64,000 nt of DNA, taken from assembly GCF_000143415.4 (NCBI RefSeq), contig NW_003314322.1, positions 1,211,567 through 1,275,566 on the forward strand. The letters are read 5' to 3'. This DNA is from Selaginella moellendorffii (Eukaryota > Plantae > Lycopodiophyta). Position 1 is the stretch's first letter, and each line of letters begins with the position of its first letter. This document shows positions 23,846-35,023 of this stretch, piece by piece. The position numbers and the translations under genes are program-made. The notes under the pieces are model-generated. The model was given only the letters and a program-made list of their open reading frames with translations. It searched no databases and had not been told where the DNA came from.

Positions 23846-24856
23846 ATGCCTGGGACGCAATGGGCGAGGCGCGCGGCCAGGGAATGCTTGGCTCGAGCTC
23901 GATCGCCGCCGGCATCGCAACGGGGTGGAGGAGGAGGACGGGCAAGCGCTGGCGAGGAGGTGAATCTTGTCGAGCAGCAGCGTGGCTTGATCGCCGCGCT
24001 CCAGGAATGCAAGCAGTCTAGGGATCTCCAGCGAGGTCGCAGGCTGCATTCTCAGGCGCTCGAGAGCGGCGGCGGCCTTGTGCGTAGCATCTACGTCGCG
24101 ACGACGCTGGTGGTTATGTATGCTCGATGCGGCAGCATGGAGGAAGCCCGGCAGGTTTTCGACGGGATGAAATCCAGGAATGTGGTGTCGTGGACGGCTT
24201 TGATCCTCGGCTATGTGGAGAATGGAAGAAGCGAGACTGGCTTGGAGCTGTTCGAGAGGATGGAGAGGGAAGGGTGTAGAGCTGATGCTCGGACTTTCGT
24301 GGCCGGGATCATGGCCTGTGGGAATCTGGCAGCCAAGGAAGGTGGTCAGGGGAATTCTTTGAGCCATGGAAGAGTTCTAGCAGGCAAAGAGTTTGCTTCT
24401 TCTGGAAGAGTTCTAGCAGGCAGAGAAGATGGTTCTCCTGGAAAAGTTCTAGCAGCCAGAGAAGATGGTTCTTCACGGGAAATGTCTTGGCGGGATGAGA
24501 AAGATGTGAAGAAGAGGATCAAGTTACAAGCTCTGGAAAGAGGGAGAGAGATGCATCGACGAGCTGCCGAGGCTGGCTGCGAGATGAACTTGTTCGTGGC
24601 GAATACTCTGGTGGACATGTACTCGCGGTGTGGGAGCCTGGTCAATGCTCGAGCAGTGTTTGAGAGGATGCCGTGTCACAGCTTGGTCTCGTGGACGGCA
24701 CTTATCCAGGGTTGTGTGGAGAATGGAGAAGAAGAGAGAGCGCTGGAGCTCTTTTCACGAATGCAAGAGTCGCGAGGAGGCTCTTTGCCGGATGCTCAAA
24801 CGTTTGTGGCCGTTCTCGCGGCGTGTTCTGCTCTGGCAACGAAAGAGAAAGACATA

Positions 24857-24887
<31 letters not shown>

Positions 24888-26911
24888 AAGAGAGGAAAGC
24901 TTTTTTGAAAGAGAAGGCGCTGGAAACAGGACTGGTGCTTCATTCCGAGGCCGAGAAAGCTGGGGTCACCTCCAACATCTTTGTGGCAAACAAGCTTGTG
25001 GATATGTACTCCAAGTGTGGGAGTATGGAGGATGCGAGAAGAGTTTTTGACAGGATGGCCTTCCACGACGTTGTGACTTGGACGTCTCTCATCCTGGGAT
25101 ATGTAGAAAGCGGAGAAGCAGCATTGGGATTGGAACTCTTCGATCTCTTGGTGACATCTCAGCAAATTTTTCGAGATCCTCGGTTCTTCGTGGCTGGACT
25201 CATGGCCTGTGCTAGTTTGGTGGAGACGAGCAAGGCCGACTGCCTGGAAAGACTGGCTTTTATTCACTCTCAAGCTGGGAAGAGCGGGTGTGACTCGGAC
25301 ATGTTCGTGGCCAGCACTCTGGTGGATTTGTATGCCAAGTGTGGCAGCATTGGAAACGCTCGCGGGGTTTTCAATCGGATGCCTCAACGGGACGTGGTTT
25401 CCTGGACTTCTCTAGTTCTGGGATATGTGGAGAGAGGCCAGGGGGACATGGCTCTGATGCTTTTCTCGCTCATGCAACGTGAAGGTTGCGTTCCAGACGC
25501 TCGGACTTACGTCGCTGCCTTCATGGCTTGTGCGAGCCTGGCCGAGCATAAAGAAGAGTTACTAGATGGAAGAAAGGTCGAGGCTCTCCAGGAAGGAAAG
25601 CGTCTCCACTCGGAGGCTGTGAAGTGTGGCTTTCTCTCGGACAAGGTGGTGGCAAATTCCCTGGTAGACATGTACGCGCGCTGCGGAAGTATGGTGGAAG
25701 CTCGAAAAGCTTTCGACGAGATGCCGAGTCTAGACGTGGTTTCGTGGAATTCACTGCTGCTAGGATATGTTGTTAACGGGGAGAGTGAAGTGAGTTTGGA
25801 GCTGTTCGAGGAAATGCAACGCAAAGGCTGGGATCCGGACGCTCGGACTTTCGTTGCTGTTTTCAAGGCCTGCGGCAACCTGACATCCGAGAAGGAGGAA
25901 TCGACGGCTGAGTGGCTCAAGCGAGGCAGTGCATTCCATCTTCAAGCTTCTCAGTGCGAGCTGGATTCTCACATCTTCGTGGCCAATAGTTTGATCGACA
26001 TGTATGCCAAGTGTGGAAGCTTGGCCGACGCTCGAGCAGTCTTCGACAAAATGGCACTCCACGACTTGGTATCCTGGAACACGCTGCTCTCCGGCTACGC
26101 AGACAATGGAGAGAGCGAGAAAGCTCTCGAAGTCTACAAGCTCATGCGCAAAGAGGAGAGCTCCTCGTGCCGGCCAGACGCTCGAACTTTTGTTCCACTC
26201 TTGAAGGCCTGCTCCAACACCGCAGCTCTGGAAACTGGGAGAGCCATCCACGGCGAAGCTGTGCGGTCGGGAGTGGAAAGCAGTCCATTCCTCGCAGCCT
26301 CTCTGGTGGATTTCTACGGCAAGTGTGGAGGAAACATGGCTCAGGCGGAGCAAGCCTTCGACGTGACTCCAACCAGGAACTTGACGCTGTGGAGCGCTCT
26401 CATGGCTGGCTATGGTCGACTTGGAGACACGAACCAGGTACTTGGGCTGTTCCAGACGCTCGAGGAGACAGGCTTGCGGCTGGACGGAGCTACGTTTTGC
26501 TCGCTTCTCACCGCGTGTAGCCATGCCGGGCTGGTCGACCGGGGAAGAGAAGTTTTCCTCGTGATGGCTTCCAAGTATGGTGTTACTCCTGGCGTGGAGC
26601 ACTACCACTGCCTGGTGGATTTACTGGGACGAGCTGGGCTTGTCGAGGAAGCAGTGAGCGCCGTGAAAAAAATGCCGCTCGGGCCGAGCGTGGTGGCGTG
26701 GAAGACGGTGCTGGCTGCGGCTCGGAAGTGGCAGAAGGTGGAGATTGGAAAGATGGCGTTTCAAGCGTTGGCAGCGCTGGAGGTGGAGGTAGACGAGGAT
26801 CAAGCTGGATCCACGTTTGCGTTGATGGCGAACATCTACGCTGGAGCTGAGATGTGGGAAGAACAGGCACAAGTTCTCAAGCAAAAGAAGAGCTTGTTCT
26901 TGGCAACTTAA
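23846..26911 (+). CDS. PLS-class PPR protein, E subgroup, intronless (about 1020 aa)
   Basis: Repeated L-S-P triplets (LVDMYSKCGS..AR.VF / DVVSWTSLILGY / PDARTFVA.L.AC); terminal HYHCLVDLLGRAG plus E motifs; no DYW. First ATG at 23846; telo-box-like AAACCCTAG just upstream. Confidence 0.92.
24860..24886 (+). repeat. (AGC)9 microsatellite encoding poly-Ser inside a PPR L-motif insert
   Basis: agcagcagc... read directly from the sequence. Confidence 0.9.
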
Positions 26912-29355
26912 GCTCTACTTCTTCCGAAACGCTGGAAGCATTAGCACAGGAGAAGCTACGAGCGAGTGCTCTGATTCTGGGGGCGCTCAAGGCATGCAGC
27001 AGCGCCAAGGATGGGAAGATCATCCATGGCAATGCCATCCAGTTTGGAGCGATTGCGAACCTTTACGTGGCCAGTGGTCTGGTTCATATGTACGCTCGAT
27101 GCGGCAGCATGGTGGATTCGCAGCGGGTCTTCGATGGGATGGTCCAGCACGATGGGGTGTCGTGGAACTCGCTGATTCAAGGCTATGCCACCAATGGGGA
27201 AATGCCGAGAGCGTTGGGCATTTTGTCGCTGATGATCTGGGAGAGTGAGAAGAGTTCTTCCGTGATTCCGACACCTCGGACCTTTGTCGCTGCACTCAAG
27301 GGGTGTAGCAAGTTGGCGGTGGAAGAAGATGGAAGGCTGGTCAATGGAAAGCTTGTCAAGGTTTCTTCGCTCCAGAAAGTTTCGGAGATTCACTTGGTGG
27401 CTGCGAAGTATGGAAGGACAGACTCGACAAGCGTTTTCGTTGGCAACTCGCTGGTGGATTTGTATGCCAAGTGTGGGAGCCTGGAGGATGCTCGTCGGGT
27501 GTTTGATCGGATGGATAATCGCGACAGGGTTTCATGGAACGTTTTGATGGCCGGATGTGCTTTTCACGGGGAGGAGGAGGCGAGTTTGGAGCTGTTCGAG
27601 CGGATGCTACTCCAGGGCTATGCAGCGAACTCTCGGAGCTTTGTCACGGCACTCAAGGCCTGCTCGAGTCTGGCAGAGAAGGAAGAAGCGATCAAGGGCT
27701 CACGGGATGGACAGTTTGTGAAGATCGTGGCTTTGGAGAAAGCTATGGCTATACACTCGCAGGCTGAGAGACTTGGCTTGGATGTTTACATGGCCAGCGC
27801 AGTGATCAGTCTATATGCAAGGTGTGGAAGCATCGTGAACGGGCTAAAGGTTTTCGACAGGATGCTGTGCCGTGATCTCGTGATGTGGAACACGATGATT
27901 CTCGGGTGTGCCGAGAACCATGACGCGGAGCTCTCTTTGGAACTGTTCGAGGCGATGAGCAAGCATAGCTGTGAAGCTCCGAATGCTCGAACTTTAGTTG
28001 CGGTGCTCAAGGCATGCGTATATCTGGCCGAGAAAGAAGAAGAAGCGCAGGAGATTTGTGGGAAGAAGATTAGAGTCATGCTGCTCGAGCGAGGCATGGC
28101 TTTGCATGCTCGAGCCAAGGCAACCATGGAACTCAATGGCTTTCTAGCTTGCGCTCTCGTCGACCTGTACTCCAAAAGTGGGAGCTTGGTGGACAGTATG
28201 GCCGTGTTCGAAGCTATGGCGCATGATCCAGATGTTACGTTGTGGACTGCTTTGATCACCGGGTGTGCTGACAATGGGGAAGAAGATCTAGCTCTTGAGC
28301 TCTTCTCTCAGATGCAAAGTCATGGAGGTTGTGCACCGGACGCTCATAGTTTTGTAGCGGCAATACGAGCTTGCGGGTCTAGCTTGGCAGCAGCGAAAGA
28401 ATCCAGGGAGACGAAAGTGCTCGTGTGCTTGGAGAGAGGCATGGCTCTCCACTTCGAAGCTGCGAAACAAGGATTTGTATCGAACAAGTTCCTGGCCAGC
28501 GCTCTAGTCGACATGTACGTGAGATGCTCGAGCATGGACGATGCTCGCAGGGTTTTTGCTGCGATCCAGCGTCCGGAGGTGGCAACTTGGAACACACTGC
28601 TTCTGGGATACGTAGAAAGCGGGCAAGGGGAGCTAGCTCTCGAGACTTACGAGCAAATGAAAGCTCGCGGTGGTCTGGAACCGAATGCTTCGACTCTTGG
28701 CCTCGCACTGAGGGCCTGTGGAGTGGCGAGAAGATTGGAAACTGGGAAGAGAGTCCATGGTGAGCTATGCAGGAGAGGCCTTGAAAGCGATGCTGTTCTA
28801 GCAACGTCGCTCATAGATTTCTACGCAAAGTTTGGCAGTCTAGACAACTCTCGCCAAGTGTTCGACTCGGTTTCTACAAGGGACGTGATCACCTGGAACG
28901 CATTGATAGCAGGATGGAGCAGCCAGGGGAGCTACACGAATTCTCTTGCATTGTTCTACGCCATGCAAGACGAGGATCTAAGGCCCAGCAGTGTCACCTT
29001 CGTCTCGCTTCTCAACGCTTGCAGCCATGCCGGGATGGTTGAGAGGGCGAGGAAGATCTTTCGTGCAATGGAGGAGTCGTCCAAGTTTGCCGTGACGCCT
29101 GGTATCGAGCACTATGGCTGCATGATCGATGTGCTTTGTCGAGCAAACCAGCTCGATGACGCAGTGGCTATGGTGCGAGGCATGCCTGTGGAAGCCAATG
29201 CCGTGGCCTGGACGATCATTCTCAACGAGTGCTGGAAGCGGCAAAACTTGGTGGTGGGAGCGCTTGCATTCGACGCACTACAGAGAATGGGTTTTACCAC
29301 ATCCTCGGCCTTCACCTTGATGACCAGAACTGAAGGAGCTGGACAAAGTTTATAA
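26854..29355 (+). CDS. Second PLS-class PPR ORF; start uncertain, E region truncated
   Basis: 833-codon open frame of PLS triplets ending HYGCMIDVLCRAN...AWTIILNEC. It overlaps the upstream PPR by 58 nt in another frame, and its first ATG lies inside a PPR motif. Confidence 0.85.
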   Translation: MGRTGTSSQAKEELVLGNLSSTSSETLEALAQEKLRASALILGALKACSSAKDGKIIHGNAIQFGAIANLYVASGLVHMYARCGSMVDSQRVFDGMVQHDGVSWNSLIQGYATNGEMPRALGILSLMIWESEKSSSVIPTPRTFVAALKGCSKLAVEEDGRLVNGKLVKVSSLQKVSEIHLVAAKYGRTDSTSVFVGNSLVDLYAKCGSLEDARRVFDRMDNRDRVSWNVLMAGCAFHGEEEASLELFERMLLQGYAANSRSFVTALKACSSLAEKEEAIKGSRDGQFVKIVALEKAMAIHSQAERLGLDVYMASAVISLYARCGSIVNGLKVFDRMLCRDLVMWNTMILGCAENHDAELSLELFEAMSKHSCEAPNARTLVAVLKACVYLAEKEEEAQEICGKKIRVMLLERGMALHARAKATMELNGFLACALVDLYSKSGSLVDSMAVFEAMAHDPDVTLWTALITGCADNGEEDLALELFSQMQSHGGCAPDAHSFVAAIRACGSSLAAAKESRETKVLVCLERGMALHFEAAKQGFVSNKFLASALVDMYVRCSSMDDARRVFAAIQRPEVATWNTLLLGYVESGQGELALETYEQMKARGGLEPNASTLGLALRACGVARRLETGKRVHGELCRRGLESDAVLATSLIDFYAKFGSLDNSRQVFDSVSTRDVITWNALIAGWSSQGSYTNSLALFYAMQDEDLRPSSVTFVSLLNACSHAGMVERARKIFRAMEESSKFAVTPGIEHYGCMIDVLCRANQLDDAVAMVRGMPVEANAVAWTIILNECWKRQNLVVGALAFDALQRMGFTTSSAFTLMTRTEGAGQSL

Positions 29356-30512
29356 AGAGACTTCATCTATATCAAACACGTACAAGCAAGCTAGCTGTTT
29401 AGCTGGCGAGCCGATCCACATCGTCGTGCAGGCCCTGTTTGATAATCAAAGCCCGAGGTTTGCTTTGTATCTTTCCATTTGCTCGAGTAGAAATCTTATC
29501 TTGTAAGTTTTTTCTTGGCTTAATTTTCAATTTCTGGTCTTATAGACTCAGCAGCAAGCTGAAAGAAGAAAAGTCAAAGTGAAACACTGAGCACGAGAAT
29601 TTCAGTCAAGCTGTGTTTTTTATATATGTTTTGATCTTACAAGAAAAAACAATGCAGGAGATATACTCTTGTTATTCTCAATTGTCAAAAAAAAAAAAAA
29701 AAGTGGAGTGCGTGCCTGATCCAAATTTTAGGCCTTCAAACAAGTTCCCTCCCGAGACCTTGATAAGAATGGCTACGAAAATTAGTGTGTTGATTCTTGT
29801 TCTTCCTTTCTAACTAATTCATTTTCTTTGAATCGAATTGGATCAGGGGATTTCTTTTTACTATGCTTGACACATATGTCATGATTAGAGCACGCTTTCT
29901 CTCCTATGCTCGATCGAGTTCAATGCGTGGGTTGATCCGGGCTGAGTCTTGCATCCTGAAAAACTCTGGTCATGGCGTCGATCGATGCTCAAACTAAAAT
30001 CTGTTCGTTAATCGATGCAGCTCCTTATGCGGGATCTTAAGTCCTGGACGTCGATGATAGCCTCTTTTGCTTTCCAATGGAGATTCTCGCCGATCCAAGC
30101 ATGGTCGCCTAGAATGCAATGCTAGCTGCGTATATTAGGAATAAGATTGTGTTACAGTCCGAGATGGAGGAAATTTCTACTGCCATGCCTGGATATTGCA
30201 AACCAGAAAAGTCATAGTGGAACACAGTAAGCTGGTCCCGCGGTATTGACTCTATCGCAATTATTTTGTCAATCGTTTTTACCAGTCTCCAGTCTAAAAG
30301 TAAAGAAATAACATCAAGAAAAACTCAGAAAAATCATTTAGAAATCACAGTAGTTCGTCTGAAATAAAATACGCTCCTCTTAGTGTACATATTTAGAGTC
30401 AAGGCTTAAAACAACCAGCAACCACCGTTCCTCTGTCTCTGAAACCACAAGGAGTCCAGAAATAATTTATGCGCATACAAGGTTATTGGATTGAACTCCA
30501 AGATCCATGACT

Positions 30513-30923
30513 TCAATTCTCTTCTTTAGACAGCTTGCTTATGTTCGAGGCAGCAAAAGACGCCTCCCAATTCTTTCCATCGAAGCACTTGACTTGGACG
30601 TCGCGCAGCGTGCCAGGATCCACACAATGCACAGTCACAGACACCCCGTCCGGATTGGAGCGCGGCTTATAGTAGGAGCAGATCCCACACACCTTGCAAA
30701 ACAGATGCTTGGCCTGGTGCGTCCCAAACGTGTAGAGCGAGAGCCACTCCTCGGATCCGGGCTGAAGCCGAAACCTGGCCTCAGGAACAATGAAACTCGT
30801 GTTCCTTCGCATGGCACAATTGGAGCAATCGCACTCCCACACAACAACGCTGGCCGGGGCGTCCACCTCCCACCGCACGCGACCGCAGTGGCAGCCGCCC
30901 TTGTGTGTCACAAGGCCCTCCAT
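30513..30923 (-). CDS. GFA / CENP-V family zinc protein, copy 1
   Basis: HKGGCHCGRVRWEV, CDCSNC, YTFGTHQAKHLFCKVCGI, PRSNPDG, FDGKNWE; intronless. Confidence 0.9.
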   Translation of the reverse strand: MEGLVTHKGGCHCGRVRWEVDAPASVVVWECDCSNCAMRRNTSFIVPEARFRLQPGSEEWLSLYTFGTHQAKHLFCKVCGICSYYKPRSNPDGVSVTVHCVDPGTLRDVQVKCFDGKNWEASFAASNISKLSKEEN

Positions 30924-31449
30924 CGCACAAACACAAGCTCACTAGATCACTGAATTCTCTATACCCGAGGATAACGCTTTTACGGAATTTCCCAACTTTT
31001 GCAATAAAAGCCATCACAATCACACCTGATTCTAATGCTTAATTGTGAAGGCTCCTCATATAAATCCTACATACCTTCACATTTTAACAACGCTTTGTGG
31101 TGCTTACTTGATTAAAGTGAGACCATTTGGAGGTCCCACTTAAAAAGCTGGTCCCGCAGTATTGACTCTATTGCAATTGTTTTGTCATTCGTTCTTACCA
31201 GTTTCCAGTCGAAAAGTAAGGAAATAACATCAAGAAAAACTCAGAAAAATCATTTAAAAATCACAGTATCTTTCTGAGTTCATCTGAAATAAAACACGCT
31301 CCTCTTAGTGTACATATTCAGAGTCAAGGCTTAAAACAACCAGCAACCACCGGTCCTCTGTCTCTCAAACCACAAGGAGTCCAGAAATAATTTATGCGCA
31401 TACAAAGTTATTGGATTGAACTAATGGCTAATGTCCAAGATCCATGACT

Positions 31450-31857
31450 TCAATTCTCTCCTTTAGACAGCTTGCTTGTGTCCGAGGCAGCAAAAGACGC
31501 GTCATTCTTTCCGTCGAAGCACTTGACTTGGACGTCGCGCAGCGTGCCAGGATCCACACAATGCACAGTCACAGCCACCACGTCCGGATTGATGCGCGGC
31601 TTAAAGTAGGAGCAAATCCCACACACCTTGCAAAACAGATGCTTGGCCTGGTGCGTCCCAAACGTGTAGAGCGAGAGCCACTCCTCGGAGCCGGGCTGAA
31701 GCCGAAACCTGGCCTCGGGAACAATGAAATGCGTGTTCCTTCGCATGGCACAATTGGAGCAATTGCACTCCCACACAACAACGCTGGCCGGGGCGTCCAC
31801 CTCCCACCGCACGCGGCCGCAGTGGCAGCCGCCTTTGTGTGTCACAAGGCCCTCCAT
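31450..31857 (-). CDS. GFA / CENP-V family zinc protein, copy 2 (tandem duplicate)
   Basis: Same Cys/His motifs; duplicated block about 30229-30976 vs 31145-31919. Confidence 0.88.
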   Translation of the reverse strand: MEGLVTHKGGCHCGRVRWEVDAPASVVVWECNCSNCAMRRNTHFIVPEARFRLQPGSEEWLSLYTFGTHQAKHLFCKVCGICSYFKPRINPDVVAVTVHCVDPGTLRDVQVKCFDGKNDASFAASDTSKLSKGEN

Positions 31858-31974
31858 CGCTCTAGATCCACAAACACAAGCTCACTAGATCACTGAATTC
31901 TCTATACCTGAGGATAACGATGCCAAAATGAGAACAGTGTTTACCTATGGACTCTTTTTTTATCTTTAGTATGA

Positions 31975-32160
31975 TGACGCCGACCTCGAATCGCGATGAG
32001 CAGTATGAGCTACGTCGGTACGATCGGCCTCGTCGAGGGCTCCAGTAGGGAGAGTAGCCAGGCGACGCTGAGCGTTCCCTTCTGCCACGAGAAGATGGGG
32101 AGTATCCCCTCCTTGAAGAATGCCTGTACTCGCTGCGTCTCCTTGAGTAGGCTGTCGAAA
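31975..32160 (-). pseudogene. RS-rich fragment, possibly from an SR45a-like splicing factor
   Basis: YSRRRSEYRHSSRRGYSPSSRGRRERSASPGYSPYWSPRRGRSY, preceded by a pyrimidine-rich acceptor-like stretch. Confidence 0.5.
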
Positions 32161-33309
32161 TCAAACATGGAAGTCATCAAAGAGACGTAAGAAAAAAGGA
32201 AAGAAACAGAGGCTTGAGAAGCGAAGGAACTTACAGACTTCTCCTATGCAATGTGGCAATTTCTCAGAGAGGCCAAGTTTTTCAGGAACCCAGCTATCTG
32301 GGTTCAAATCCTGGCAATGGATGCAAGATTTTCCTTTTCTTTTCCATCTGATTCAATTCACCGCAGTTTCAATTAGCATTCATGGCGTGGAACACCAAAA
32401 CTCGTGCATGAGTGCTGTGTGGTGTGGATGTAAGAGCAACCTCAACAGCTTTGCAGCATGTCCAGGAGAGAGGATTTTTAACCCAATTTTCAGTACTGAT
32501 TTCCTTTGAAATTATTCAGAGATGAAGTAGTTTCACAACACCCATTATGAAGCACCAAAACATTTGGAAGTGCTTTGTTACAATGTTCGCACCTACGGTG
32601 AGAATATATAAAGATAGAATTGCTTAACCCTGGCCCCCGTCATGTCTATCACGCGTTAAGTCGGTGCGTTTCATGGCTGGATTTGACATTTCCATTCGTT
32701 AAGTCGGCGTGTTCCATGGCTGGATTTCGTTAAGTCACAGCGGCTTCGCTCCATCCATGGCAGCTTGTCGCTAAGTTCTTGAGCTAGAATAATGCACCAT
32801 CTTTGTTAAAATGCAGAGAAACAGTCTGTATGTCTTGCTATTTAACTATTACTTATTGGAGTCTTCCACCACGTAAGCGCTGAGAGTTTCCATGATGTAT
32901 ATTTTAACATAGTGGATTGATATTGGAGCGAACAAGGAGTTGCTGGAACTTGGGCATTGCATCAGACCCATCTTGAAACACAAACCAAAGAAACTTTTTT
33001 ATGAAGTCCAGATTTAAGAAAAGAATCAACGTGAATCCCCCACTAGATACAACAGTTTAGAAATCCTTTTTCACCAGACCAAGCAGCATCCATATCTGGG
33101 TTTGCTTTCAAGGCCACCTCGCACAAAGCTCTTCTTCTTCTCGCAGAACTCCCTAGAACTTGCTCTGAGACATCACTTTGAAGTGTTTGTAAAGCAGCTT
33201 TTCCTCACTCAATAACTTATATGGTGAGGACCATCATTTGCTTGGACATATACAACAGGCAATGTTATTGGTAGGTTTTCACTGCCAAACTGCTGAAGTT
33301 CATCGTGGG

Positions 33310-33900
33310 CACCTCGGTCACCGGCGTCACGGGCAGCACCTGGATGCCCAGCCGGACCTCCAGCCACTCGGGCGGACCGAACCAGAGAGCCGTGTCGCGC
33401 TTGTTGGCCCAGAGCACCCCGATCATCCGGTTGCGCGCCACAAACTCGGCCTCGTACAGCTCGCTGCCCAGCGGTACGTGCCACAGCGACTGCACGGCGT
33501 GCGTCTCGAAGGCCACCAGCGTGACGCCGAGCTCGGCCAGCGCCGCGTCGTGGAAGGCGGAGCCCAGCAGCGACGCCGCGTAGTACGAGTTGACGGCCTC
33601 GCTGGTGCTCTCCTGGTTGCGGCCCTCGGCGAAGTTCTTGAGCCACGAGTGCATGAGCCAGTGGTGATCGTTGTACATTCCAAGGCCAAAGTCGGCACCA
33701 CTGTTGGCAGCACCGTCGCTGCTCCCCACTGGCGATCGTAGCCAATGCTGTTACTCATGTTTAGATTGACAGCGTGGTTACTGTCCAGCCACTGCGGCTA
33801 TGAGCGCGAGCCGCGCAGCACGGGCAGCGGCCTTGCCGAAGAAGTACGTGGACGAGTTCACTATGACGCCCGGGAGGTCATATAAGGCATACAAGGCCAT
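33310..33900 (-). pseudogene. GH81 endo-1,3-beta-glucanase (glucan elicitor-binding protein family) remnant
   Basis: STYFFGKAAARAARLALIA, ADFGLGMYNDHH, FAEGRNQESTSEAVNSYY, IGVLWANKRD..LWF, RLGIQVLPVTP. Large internal deletions and missing ends. Confidence 0.88.
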
Positions 33901-34329
33901 CTGGAGTGGCAGAGGTGATGGCATGATCAAGTACGTGATAGGGACTCCTAGTTTTGTCAAGAGCGTTAGTAACCACTGCGGTTGGTTATCTTTATTACAA
34001 AGCATCAATGCTATGGAGATGGCTTAAACTCAAGACACTCAGTGTGAGAAGACTCACTAAATAAAAGTTCTAAAGCAAACTGGAGCTGATATATTATTTT
34101 TCTTTTTGTTTTCTTCTGGGTGGAGTCTTGAATAGGGAAGAAATAAGAAGAAAAGATGGTGACTTTGTGCATTTATGCAAATTGGAAATCTCAACAGATG
34201 GCATGTTGTGGAATGGAAAGTAATATTGCATTCAACCATTTTGTTTAAGGATTTGAGTCAATTCTTTTGAACCTGAATTTCTTTTTATCTGTAAGAGTCT
34301 TAACCATGTTGGTTTCACCAAGAACCAGT

Positions 34330-35023
34330 ATATGCTCCTGTGTGGGGAACGATTTGTGAAGGCCCCTTGTAAAGTGCTGCGTGAGGCGTTCATTTTGGCA
34401 TACATCAAGGATCTTAAGGCTCTTGCGTCGCTTGAGGATTTTGAAAGCGAGGAAGATGTTGAAATGGTTCTATGGTTGAGGACTGAGACGGTGCACATAG
34501 TTGTGGACTATGCGAACTTGATGGTTTGCGATCGAAGTAAGAGCCTTTGGTCGCAAAGGTGAAGGCTCCGGTTCCCAGGCTGTCACAAACAACCACCCAA
34601 ACGTTGGTGTGTTATCCAGGGAGATTCCGAAGAAGCTTCAGTAGGAAAACTTCCGAGTTTAAATTCAGTCCGGTTTTGTGTTTGTTTCTCGCTCTGCAGG
34701 AGGATGAAGCTGTCGCTTACTTGAAGCATACATCAGGCAAAACCGAAGAGGTGTGTCAATTACGTGCAAGGAGGATCCATCATTATACTGGCTGGGTGCC
34801 GGGGCTGCTTTCGCAATACCTGACGAAAAAATGCGTAGTCAAGCAGACTAGGAGATTGCTGCTAAAAGGTGTTTCGGATGCTTTGCATTCGGACGACGAG
34901 GTTCTCACAGCTGTCGCAGAAGGGCGTTTGAAATACGAGCTGTCAGATGCTTTGGATTCCGGGTGCTACTTCTGAGGGCAAGATGGCAAGGGCCGCTGCT
35001 TGGCACCATCAATGCTGCATGGC
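34330..35023 (+). pseudogene. Unidentified spliced gene interrupted by the CACTA element, probably resuming at 37481-37836
   Basis: Coding-like frames containing VHIVVDYAN and IHHYTGWVPGLL, an acceptor at about 34698, and a frameshift near 34970. Confidence 0.4.

Noticed and set aside
29880-30210. Possible further PPR gene
   Set aside because: Only a trace motif (NAMLAAY) among stops; too decayed to delimit.
32654-32740. Three copies of CGTTAAGTC with partial CATGGCTGGATTT
   Set aside because: Short local duplication with no evidence of function.
34055-34066. CACTA pentamer as the left end of the transposon
   Set aside because: TSD does not match; the end at 35024 gives both the TIR and the GGC TSD.
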